From contig JASCQW010000072.1 in the NCBI GenBank assembly GCA_030264375.1, forward strand, positions 79,646,223-79,708,463: a stretch of DNA of 62,241 bases. The letters are read 5' to 3'. The notes under the pieces are model-generated. The model did not search any database, had not been told where the DNA came from, and saw only the letters and a program-made list of their open reading frames with translations. A program made the position numbers and the translations under genes. Origin of the DNA: Carcharhinus longimanus. Taxonomy: Eukaryota. Of this stretch, positions 37,745-48,762 are shown one piece after another. Each line of letters begins with the position of its first letter. Positions within the stretch are counted from its first letter, which is position 1.

Positions 37745-39275
37745 CTGAGGAACAAATATAGAAATTAGGAACAGAAGTGGGCAATTCAGCTCATTTGAGC
37801 CTGCCCTGCCATTCAGTCAGATCAGGGCTCATCTCTCCCAGGTCTCAAATCCCCTTCCCTACCTGTTCTCCATTTTTTAATCAGAAATATATTCATCTCC
37901 TAATTGAAACCATTTAACGATTCAGACTCCACTGCACTATGGGGCAGTAGTCCCACAAATACATTATTCTCTTTGAGAAATAATTCCTTCTCATCTCAGT
38001 TTTAAATCTATCACCTCTGAATCTATCCCTGTGACCTCTTGTTCTAGAAAGCAACAAAGCACCATCTGGATCAGACGCTGTATGATCATTCCTCAGGTAT
38101 GGATGGTTTTGGGAAGTTTGGTGAAGATTTTCCACTATTAAAGGGATCGGAGCTGAGCTCCATCCCGGCCCTCAATTAATATCCACACGTGTATTTTCTA
38201 GCAGGTTCAGGAGGTGGAATCATGTCGAGCAGACAGATGGCAGGGTAACCAGGGTGACATTAATGGGGTTGGAACTCAACCTCATATGAATCCTCTCAGG
38301 AGTCATTGAGTAGCCAGGGGAAATGCCTGCAACACGAACTCCAAGCCAGTGGCAAATTCTGACCACAGGCCTCCCAGAGCAGCATGAGCCCCCTCAATCC
38401 TCTGCACCCATATAAGCCCTCACCCTGCACCATGGTAACAGCTGACACCCCCACCCCCATACCCCCCTCCACCCCAGAGGATGGTGTTGGCAGTACTCAC
38501 CTCCTCACTCTTCTTCATTGCTGCAATGACTGAGCCACAGTACTAATTTGTGCTGGCGTGTTGTGCTGCCAGGGAGATGGGAAGCATTCGGGTGGAGGGA
38601 AGCAATTGGGAGGGGGAAGCATGCGTGCCAAACTCACCAATGGTACTGAAATCCAGTCAATCTCATGCTAATAAACCTTGCGCCCATTTTGGGGAGGAAA
38701 CTTGGTTCTTGCCAGTAAAAAGGGGCAGAGAAGATACCAATTGTTTTGTGCCTGGTGGAAATCAGGTTTTTAGCTTTGCATGCTTTTTCTTCAGCTCACC
38801 ACACAATGTTTAGTGAGGGGAGGTGGTAAAATCCCACCCGAGGACTTGCAGGCGGCCATTATTAAACTAACTTTACTTACACCTCCCCATCAGAGAGGGC
38901 TGTATAACAAAATGTCGGCCTATTACACTATATTTTAGTATTACACTATATTTAGTGTGTATGTGCCTGGTGTTAGCCTAGTACCATGCATAACACTATA
39001 TTTATCCACATGAATTGCCATCTGATTGGTGTAGACTCCATTCCCNNNNNNNNNNTCTACATCTGATTGCAGTCTTTTCCACTTCCAAGGCTCTAACATT
39101 TGCAACATGCTGAATCACAGCAAGAAGGCTGAGGACACCATTATCAGAAGGTGCCACATACTACACTGATTCCGTTACCTGTGCTCTGTTGCTTCCTCTG
39201 CTTCTTTCTCCCACTTAGGATTTTGTAAAATACTCTATGATGTTTTTACAAAAAGGGGCTGCGTATATGTAAGTT

Positions 39276-39583
39276 CATAGAATCATAGAATCCTACAGTT
39301 TAGAAGGAGGCCATTTGGCTCATCGAATCTGCGCTAACCACAATCCCATTTAGGCCTTATCCCCATAACCTATGCATTTACCCTATCTTGTCCCCCTGTC
39401 ACTAAAGGACAATTTAGCACAGCCAATCCACCTAACCCGCAAATCTTTAGACTATGGGAGGAAACGGGAGCACTCAGAGGAAATACATGCAGACACAGAG
39501 AAAATTTGCAAACTCCACACAGACAGTGACCCCAACTGGTAATCAAACAAGGCTTCCTGGTGCTGTGAGGCAGCAGTGTGCCC
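39276..39583 (-). mobile_element. HE1 SINE
   Basis: catagaatcatagaatcctacag...gctgtgaggcagcagtg. Confidence 0.85.
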
Positions 39584-39627
39584 CCCTGCCATTCCTTACT
39601 ACTAGCTCAGTTGTTGTTGTTGTTTAC

Positions 39628-39803
39628 CTGTTGCATTCTTGAACATGTCCTTCTCGGTGTAAACCATCTGTCGGATGAGTTCTATCGAGGTCTCCATCAA
39701 CTCAGCCGCTCTCACTGCTGACCGTGTCTCGGCCACAGGATCCTTGAAGAGACTGAGCAGCTTACTGGCACTAATGGAGCCATTGGCCAGTGCCGCTCTA
39801 TTC
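39628..39803 (-). CDS. Heme peroxidase exon 4
   Basis: 176 nt (same size as MPO exon 3); NRAALANGSISASKLLSLFKDPVAETRSAVRAAELMETSIELIRQMVYTEKDMFKNAT; canonical AG/GT. Confidence 0.94.
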
Positions 39804-40199
39804 CTGGGAATCAAAGAGCACATTTTAGACTAGTGGCTGGTTAATCCTTGGCAGTGTAAACCTTTTCACTTGAACCCTCTCTTTGCCTTCCCAGTGAGAG
39901 TTGTGGAACTTAGTTAAATAAAATGCATAAATCAGTGGCATGAATTTTACTTATCATCCTGTCAAAGGGACAGCCCCTTATTTGAAGGAATTCAACTGAG
40001 TTGATTCCAGAGAGGAAAATGTTTCATCTATGGTGTGATGCAGTTGTTTCTTTGGCCACTGGAGGGCGCGCATTCCACCTGGGAAGCTTTGCCCATTTTC
40101 TGGAGTCTTTCTAGAGCCAATCAAAAGTCAGTCAGAGACATCACCTTAAATAACCCCACTTGTCTGCATGAGGGCAACTCCAATAGACGAAGCTTAGCA

Positions 40200-40628
40200 C
40201 CATCCAGCACAAAGCAGCCTACTGGATTAGCACCCTATCCACCAACTTAAACATTCATTCCCTTCTCCACAGATGCACAGTGACAACAGTGTGTACCATG
40301 GACAAGATGCATATCACTAGCTCACCAATTTCCTTTGGCAGCATCTTACAAACTCATCGTTGAGAAGGACAAAGGCAGCAGATATATAGAAGCACCACTA
40401 CCAAGCCACACACCATTCTGACTTGGAAATATATCATCGTTCCTTCACTGTCAGTGGATCAGAATCCTGGAATTCCCTCTGTAACAGCACTGCTGGTGTA
40501 CCTACACCCCCAGGGACTGCAATGATTCAAGAAGGCAGCTCAGCATCATTTTCTCAAGGGGCAAAAGAGATGGATAACAAATTCTGGCCCTGTCAATGAT
40601 GCCCACATCCTGTGAAAGAATTAAAAAA
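40200..40628 (+). mobile_element. Second CR1-clade LINE 3' end
   Basis: caccattctgacttggaaatatatcatcgttccttcactgtc...ttcaagaaggcagctca...gcccacatcctgtgaaagaattaaaaaa. Confidence 0.8.
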
Positions 40629-41799
40629 TCTTTCTTCAGGAACATTTGGTCCTGATTCCTTTATTGTATTAAAGCAATGCTTTGTGTGACCTAAGATTAG
40701 ATCCTTGGGCAAACTATTCCACTTGATGTAACAATAGTAATGATAAAATAATCTTATTAGTATTTAAAGGTAGCAGTGAAACATTTCCCGCTTAGGGTCA
40801 GTGTACTACTTTGTTATAGGTGATCACCATTATCCTTTACTTTTGTGCTGATGTCCCATGGTTTAGAACCCAGTAAACCAGGATACATTTGCTAACAGAT
40901 AGCACACACACCACATCAGATTCTACTGAACACTCCCAGTTCAGTAACAGGATGAAACAGCAAGCTTCCCACCACCATACTACTTTATTCACCTCTTTCA
41001 GACCAGCTACAACACCAACTAGATAGGAAAATGACTGGCTCTCAAAAACACAGTGCACATCTCTGGCACATCCCAAATCACTTCCCATGGTAATTAACTT
41101 GGAAGTGCAGTCCTTCATGTTTATGTAGGTAAACTCAGAGGTCAGCAAGATCTCACAACAGCCACAAAATGAACGACCAGTTAATTTGCTACAGGCAGGG
41201 TGAAGTGCATTAACTCCTTGGAATAAGGAGCTAAGTGTCTAATTCAGAGAATGGCACCTCTAACAATGCAACAAAGTTTCATGGGACACTTTTACTCATT
41301 TAAAGGTGCTACATAAATACAAGATTTTGTTTGAGTATCAGCTACATTATGGAGTGATGTTCCGTGGCCTTAGAATATTCTGCTTTAGGGACAAAATTAC
41401 TACCTATTGACGGCGTGGGCTTGTTGGGCCGAAGGGCCTGTTTCCCGTGCTGGGTTGTTCTTTGTTCTTTGTTCTTTGAGTCCAGCAATGTATAAGTGCA
41501 GGGTAAAGCTTCTTTCAATAATATGCCTTAACTTCAAATCTTGCAGGGTGAAATTGCCCTTTCTTACACCAATTACTTTTGAGACATTTCTGAATGAACT
41601 TGCCAGTTTGCTGGCCTAGTTGTAGTTCTATAGTATAGTTCCCACCTGTTCTTGGTAAGCTCACAATATTCTGCCAATTACATGTATGCTCACTGTGCTA
41701 TGTCCACCACTGCTACACAAACTGACTTCTCCTTCTCAATCCAATGAGAATTCAGTGTAATCTATTGACCGCATCCAGGTTTATTTCAACTTGGCTGAT

Positions 41800-42265
41800 T
41801 TTGGGGATGGAGAACTGAGGTATGAGGGGAGATTGACTAGGTTAGGGTTGCTTTTGCTGGAGTTTAGACAAATAGGGAGGATCACGTAGAGACTTATAAA
41901 ATTCTAACAGATCTAGGCAGGGTAGAAGCAGAGAGGATGTTCCTGATGATGGGGGTGTCTAGAACCAGGGATCACAGTCTAAGGATTCAGGATAGACCAT
42001 TTAGAACAGAGATGAGTTGACATTTCTTCACCCAAAGAGTGGTGAGTCTGTGGAATTCATTACCACAGTTGATGCCAAAACATTGAACGTATTCAAGAGG
42101 CAGCTGGATAAAGCACTTGGGACGAATGGGATCAAAGGTTATGGGGTGAAAGCAGGATTAGGCTGTTGAGTTGGATGATCAGCCATGATCGTGATGAATG
42201 GTGAAACAGGTGTGAAGGGCTAAATTGCCTCCTCCTGCTCTAATGTTTCCATATTTCCATATTTA
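41800..42265 (+). mobile_element. CR1/HER1 LINE 3' fragment
   Basis: tatgaggggagattgactagg...agaaccagggatcacagtctaagg...(tttccata) tail; same subfamily as 34020-34220 and 43320-43510. Confidence 0.85.
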
Positions 42266-42269
42266 TTCA

Positions 42270-42598
42270 TGCTAATTGTACTTAAAGTGGCATTTTAAGT
42301 CTGCGAGACAAATGTTGCTTATTTGGAATTGAAACAGTGATAAGTTAGAAATTTTAAAGCTTTTTAAATATTGTTCAGCTGTTAATTGGTAAGCTGAATC
42401 TTTTGTTAGAGTTATATTTAAACTGTGATATTAAATAAAGTTTGTTTTACTATAAAAAGATCCCTAATTTGTCAGTGGAATTATTCCTGGAGAGTAATAT
42501 CCTATCCTCACATTTATGCCAAAATAGAAAAGTTGTTGGGGTCTAGTCTGACTTCCTAATGTAAAGTGAGGTTCAGGTTCTGGTTCAGGACCCCAACA
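42270..42598 (+). mobile_element. Partial LTR (Gypsy-like), 3' part
   Basis: AATAAA at ~42435 and terminus ...ttctggttcaggaccccaaca ending in CA. Confidence 0.45.
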
Positions 42599-42906
42599 AT
42601 AACTGGAGTGATACAGCAGAGAAGATCATTCCCACTGGACACTGGTTGGGTTCACAGCAGAAAGTTGCTTATTTTAAACTATTAAACTGGGAATTGTTCA
42701 AACATTTTCTTCCCAGACATTTCCTTTGTACCAGAGAGTTTAAATGCATACTTACCTCTGCCTGTTCCTTTCATATGAAACCAGCTTAGAATGGAAGCAC
42801 AGCTCTATATTAGGCCATCAAAAATGGGGTACAGATCAGCCTGGAGTTTTGACCTTGTCTCAGGATGCTTTTAATTAGCATAAATCCACAACAAGCTGGA
42901 CACTGA

Positions 42907-43029
42907 GACCGGAATTCTCTGGCCATTCACGTCCTGCCACTGCTGCTAACGAGAATGGAGAATTTCCCCCTTCACTGTAGTGGGACCGGAGAATCCCAGC
43001 TACAGACAAGATTGGAGAATACTGGCCCT
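42907..43029. mobile_element. Short Harbinger-type MITE (related copy in opposite orientation at 59907-60043)
   Basis: Ends ccggaattctct / ggagaatactggccc; interior ttcactgtagtgggaccggagaatccc is the reverse complement of gggattctctggtcccactgcagtgaa at ~59938. Confidence 0.7.
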
Positions 43030-43624
43030 GAGTCCCCACAATAACCTGGGCAGAGGCTGGCACTGTCACTCCCAGATCATTAGGATTACTTTGAATAGCT
43101 CTTCTCAGGTTATTAATATTAACCAATACATTAGCCCAATTAGCTCAATCCATCACGCAAATCACTGATTGAGTCTGTCTACACTTCCCGCTGCCTCAGC
43201 AAAGCAGCCAGCATAGTGANNNNNNNNNNNNNNNNNNNNNNNNNNNNNNNNNNNNNNNNNNNNNNNNNNNNNNNNNNNNNNNNNNNNNNNNNNNNNNNNN
43301 NNNNNNNNNNNNNNNNNNNACCACAGTTGATGCCAAAACATTGAATGTATTCAAGAGGCAGCTGGATATAGCACTTGGTGTGAACAGAATCAAAGGTTAT
43401 GGGGAGAAAGCAGGATTAGTTACTGAGTTGGGTGATCAGCCATGAGCTTAATGAATGGTGAAACAGGCTTGAAGGGCCAAATGGCCTCCTCTTGCTCCTA
43501 TCTCCTATATTTTTAACTTGTTTCCAGGTCTTTTTCACCTTTACAGGAATTGCATACTACGGGCCTTGCCACTTGTTTTCCACATTAAACAGAATCTGCT
43601 TTTCTTAACATATTTGAATCTTAC

Positions 43625-43727
43625 TTGTCTCTAGATCTTTTGTAGGCAGTATTGACAAGATGAAACGCTTTCTTGCATGCCTCATTGACAATCTCATTTC
43701 CTCGCTGAGTCACAGATTCTGCAAGAC
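43625..43727 (-). CDS. Heme peroxidase exon 3 (propeptide)
   Basis: ag/gtaag flanks; 103 nt; phase 1 to 2; GLAESVTQRGNEIVNEACKKAFHLVNTAYKRSRDK (cf. MPO EEAKQLVDKAYKERRE). Confidence 0.88.
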
Positions 43728-43973
43728 CTGAAGAAAAGTAACATGGTTTACAGATTGAAGCAGTGGATTTAATAGTATAGATAGAATGGAAATAATAAAG
43801 GAATAATAGCCCATTTATTTCCAAATATTACAATTGTCTCCAGACTAGACAGTTAGTGAGATTTTGCAAGCCCAGGCAAGTCGTGGAGATTACAAATAGC
43901 ATGACATGAGCCCAAGATGCATCCTGTCTGGAGATAATACACATCTCTTTATCCTATTCTTAANNNNNNNNNN

Positions 43974-44178
43974 TATTTACCTTTAAGATTTGATTACTTG
44001 TAAAGACTCGCTATTCAATCATTATTTTGTAAATTGAGTTTGTGTCTTTATATGCTCTGTTTGTGAATAGAAACACAATAGAAATACAAACTCTTCACCA
44101 CCTGATGAAGGGGCAGTGCTCCGAAAGCTAGTGGTCTTTGCTACCAAATAAACCTGTTGGACTTTAACCTGGTGTTGG
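43974..44178 (+). mobile_element. Penelope-like element 3' terminus
   Basis: ...cacctgatgaaggggcagtgctccgaaagctagtg...aataaacctgttggactttaacctggtgttg. Confidence 0.8.
44097..44135 (+). ncRNA. Minimal type I hammerhead ribozyme motif
   Basis: Stem I ACCAC/GTGGT, core CTGATGA (44102-44108), stem II GGGGC-agt-GCTCC, GAAA (44123-44126), palindromic AGCT, UA cleavage site at 44129-44130. Confidence 0.65.
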
Positions 44179-44934
44179 AAGGCAGCAGTGGCAGAGGTTA
44201 ATAATCCAGGACACCATGGGTTAGATTTTGGTGTCTACACTGAATTTGCTAAGTATGCTTTCTGAGTTAAAGGAAGTCATCAAGGATTCCAGACTGTTCA
44301 TAGTTCTGTGGATATCATCCCTACCTCTGGTAAAGACAGATTTCATATTCCACCATAGTTGTATGGATTACTGGAACTCACTGTCTGAACTGATCTATAT
44401 ATTCATAAAGACACCAGCAAAGTGAAGGCACCAGCAAAACCTGATGGTTAAAAGAGCTAACTCTGCATCAGATTAAGCACTGTGGGAGCAGTAAGGTTGC
44501 ACAGAGGGTGTACAGTGAAGAACAGGCATAGGAGCTGTTTGTGCAGTGGCTGTACTAAGCTTTGAACAGACAGCGATTGAACATAGACTCCTTCGTGTTG
44601 TGCTCCTGAGCAAAATACGACCGCCTGACAGAGGCACAACTCCTGTGCATTTGTGACCAATAAACAGTGATTAGTGCCTGTTTGTGAGTATGTAACTGGA
44701 AGCATGATCAGTGCCAGCAAGATGTGTACAAGAATGAGAGGCAGAGATGCAGAGACATTGGGAGTGGTAACCCGGCACTAACCACTGCAGAAGAAGGAGC
44801 ATAATCCGAGTCTGGGATCTGGAGACATCGGAACAAAGTTCTTCGGGAGAGAGTCTGATCACCTCACCTTGCCACGGGTAGTATCTATGTCCAATTCGTA
44901 AGTTTGGACATTTTGTGAAGCTTTTGATACATGT

Positions 44935-45235
44935 TGAATACTTTGTTTATAATGAAGGAGGTTGGCAGTTATATACTTCATGTATAAAAATGTAAGTTCA
45001 ATTCTTATACTTTGTGTATAACAAAGTCAGTCAGAGGTTAGAAACTTTCTGCGTAATGAAGTAAGTCAGAGGTTAAATACTTTGGGTGGGATTTTCTGGC
45101 TGCGCTCGCTCCAAGACCGGAAAATCCTGCCCGATCAATGAACCTTTGCATGGTCCATGTCCCGCCCGCTGTGGTGGCCAGATGGGAAAATTCCATCCTG
45201 TGTGTATAATGAAGTTTGTTACCTTGTGTATTAAA
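44935..45235 (+). repeat. Degenerate ~35-bp minisatellite with a MITE (~45084-45199) inserted
   Basis: Unit actttgtgtataatgaagtcagtcagaggttaaat recurs about 5 times; MITE ends gggtgggattttc / gaaaattccatcc. Confidence 0.55.
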
Positions 45236-46139
45236 GTAGTGTGCTAGAGTTTGACAGTTTTGTGGTAACTTGGTAGAGTACAGTGTAATATGTCTGCAGA
45301 GGCAGAGATTCCTTCACTAAAATCCCCTTATTTACAAACTCTAACTGCAGTATACAGAGTGCTGTCAGTTACCAGTCTGTCTCTAGGGTGTCAGAGGAAC
45401 TGACACTCATGGTTAACTAAAAGGCAAAAACTCCCTGATTGCCCTCTCCAGGCAAACCCCGATACCTCCCTCCTGCCCACCCCAGCAGCACCAATGCCTC
45501 TGGCAGTTCCAACTCCCTCCAACCCCCCCCGGGGTCCAAATGGCCAGCCCCGATCACCCACTTCCCTCCCTCTGTCACCGATCCCTATGCAGAGTGGCAG
45601 CAGGACCCTCCCACCCCTACCAATTGACACCCCCATAGACCCTTCCCCCAATGGACCCTGCCGCATCTAGCCCCACCCCATTGACACTGCCCGATGCCTA
45701 GTGCCAAGATGCCCTGTGGGCATTGCCAATTTGCCCCTTGGGCCCCACCGAGGTGCTACCCCCTTACCCCCAACCTCTGGGACGGGTGGTCCTTAACCAC
45801 TCCTGTTCTTTCCAATGAAGTTGAGTCATCTGAGCCCTGTTAGTGGGGAGCATTAGCAAAGTCTGCTGCTTGGAACCATGGGAAGATGCTAGTGAACCCA
45901 GGGACTTCAGCCTTGGGCCTGCTAATTGGATTTAAATTGAAATTTAAATATGGAAATCAGCTCTGTGCCGATTTCAACGGTGAAGCTGATGACTCCAAAA
46001 AACATGGAACAGGAGACAAGCGGAGATTGTCATGCCCAGCTAGCAGCCTGCTAAACGATCTCTGCTGATGTCTCCTGCTCATTGCGCTGCTGGAGCAGTG
46101 CAGCAGGCTGGGAGAATCATCCCTGAGGCATTTAAACTT

Positions 46140-47530
46140 AAATGGTTGATTGGATGGATCTTAGATTGCTGAAGGAAATAGGGATGGAAATAGTGGAGGC
46201 CTTGGGCACAATCTTCTAATCTTCCTTTGATATGAGATGGCTATTCGAGAACTTGAGGTTTGCAAATGCTGCATCCCTGTCCAAAGAAGGGGAGGGAAAG
46301 AAAAAGGCCCGATTAATACTAGCCAGTCAACATAATGTTTATTTAGATTTCCAAAAAGCCTTTGACAAGGTACCGTGTAGGAGACTGTTAAATAAGTTAA
46401 GTGCCCATGATGTTAAGGGTGAGATCCTGGCACGGATAGAGGATTGGCTGACTGGCAGAAGGCAGAGAGTGAGGATAAAGGGGTATTTTCAGGATGGCAG
46501 CTGGTAACTAGTGGTGTGCCTCAGGGGTCAGTGCTGGGACTACAACTGTTCACAATATACATTAACGATTTGGAGGAAGGAACTGAAGGTACTGTTGCTA
46601 AGTTTGCAGATAATACAAAGATATGTAGAAGGACAAGTAGTATTGAGGAAGCAGGGGGGCTGCAGAAGGACTTTGACAGGTTAGGAGAGTGAGCAAAGAA
46701 GTGGTAGATGGAATACAATATGGAAAAGTGTGAGGTTATGCACTTTGGAAGGAGGAATGGAGGCCTTCGTTATTTTCTAACTGGGGAAATGATTAGGAAA
46801 TTAGAAGCACAAAGGGGTCCTTGCTTGAGATTCTCTTATGGTTAACGTGCAGGTTCAGTCGGCTATTAGGAAGGCAAATGCAATGTTAGCATTCATACTG
46901 AGAGGGCTAGAATACAAGAGGATACAAGGGATGTACTTCTGAAGCTGAATAAGGCTCTGGTCAGACTCCATTTGGAATATTGTGAGCAGTTTTGGGCCCC
47001 ATATCTAAGAAAGGATATGCTGGCCTTGGAAAGGGTCCAGAGGAGGTTCACAAGAATTATCTCTGGAATGAAGAGCTTGTCGTATGAGAGACATTGAGGA
47101 CTCTGGGTCTGTACTCATTGGAGTTTAGAAGGATGAGGGGGGACCTTACTGAAATTTATAGGATACTGTGAGGCCTGAATAGACTGGATGTGGAGAGGTT
47201 GTTCCACTAGTAGAAAAACAAGCACCAGAGGGCACAACCTTAGACTAAAGGAACAATCCTTTAAAACAGAGATGAGGAGGAATTTCTTCAGCCAGAGAGT
47301 GGCAAATCTGTGGAACTCTTTGCCACAGAAGGCTGTGGAGGTCAGGTCATTGAGTGTCTTTAAGATAGAGATATATAGGAAATTGATTAATAAGGGGATC
47401 AGGGGTTATGGGGAAAAGGGAGGAGAATGGGGATGAGAAAAAAATCAGCATGGTTGAGTGGTGGAACAGACTCGATGGGCCAAGTGGCCTAATTCTGCTC
47501 CTATATCTTATGTTCTTATGATCTTATGTT
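46140..47530 (+). mobile_element. CR1/HER1 LINE, ~1.4 kb 3' part with RT domain, disrupted
   Basis: YLDFQKAFDKVP, TSGVPQGSVLG, TIYINDL, KFADNTK, RRNFFSQRVANLWNSLP; (TCTTATG)n tail. Confidence 0.93.
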
Positions 47531-48552
47531 GGTAGTAGGGAAACTGTTGGAGACCTCATTCAGGAAAAAATAATTGTCAATTAGAAATACATGGAATATA
47601 AATTTGTTAAACCTAAGTAATATCTGATAAATTTGATTGTGACCAATAAAGAAATAACAGCGAGGTGATACATGAACTTTCAAAAGTTGTTTGATAGAAG
47701 TGCCATATTAAAGACTTGTTTGTAAAATTGAAGCTTAATAGATTGGAGCAGGTGAAAGTCAAAAAGTACAGAGTCAGGGTAATTAGTTTTTTAATTGGAT
47801 GCAAGTGTACACTGGTATTTTCCAGGGATCAGTATTAGGACTCCTGCTCTTAATATATGTTAGGGTATACATGGCCTTATTTCAAAGTTTTCCAGTGCCA
47901 CAAAGCTTGGAAATGTACCAAACAGCAAGGATGATAGTAGCAAGCTTCAGGAGAAATTCAACAGACTGGTGAAATAGGCAGACACATGGCAAATTAAAGT
48001 TGATGCAGAAAAATGTGAAGTGATGTATAATGAAAGGAAAAATGAAGAAACAATACAAACAGAAGCTGTTATTCTCCTGATGTGTTTCCCACTGGTGCTG
48101 GCAGCACCAAATAGATGGGATTCAACTGCTCTTTGGTGGCAAAAAAATCCCCAATATGAAGCACATCAGCTATCCCAGCTTTACAGAGAAGATGCCCTGA
48201 TCTGAAAGTGCAGATCCAGTCCTGACCCCCAGGACATTGCAATATCCCACATATAAGGGAAGCACCCCAATCCTTCACCACGACATTTCCGATCTTGAAG
48301 TTTGGCAGAGAGAAAAAAGATACTGTTGGAGTAAAAGTGTTAAGAATGAAACTTGTGGACTCAGTGAGTAGATTCGCAGGCATGAAAGAAAAGCCACTGT
48401 TTTAAAAAAATATTATTAGAAAACATTGTGTTTTCTGGAAAGGGTCAAGAGACTTCGAAAAAATGGCAGTGCTAAAAAATGGAGCCAGACTGAACAACTT
48501 GCTGAAGAGTGGAAGTACTTGAGGCCCACTGGAGCATGACCTGATTATATCA

Positions 48553-48762
48553 ATAAGAAGTCTCACAACACCAGGTTAAAAGTCCAACAGGTTCATTTGG
48601 TATCATGAGCTTTCAGAGCACTGCTTCTTGATCAGGTGAGTCACCTGATGAGGGAGCAATGCTCCAAAAGCTTGTGATTCCAAAAAGACCTGTTGGACTT
48701 TAACCTGGTGTTGTGAGACTTCTTACTATGCCCAACCCAGTCCAACACTGGCATCTCCACAT
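48553..48762. mobile_element. Penelope-derived near-perfect palindrome
   Basis: ~175-bp inverted repeat centred on atcaggtga-g-tcacctgat (48631-48649), plus unique end ccagtccaacactggcatctccacat. Confidence 0.8.
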
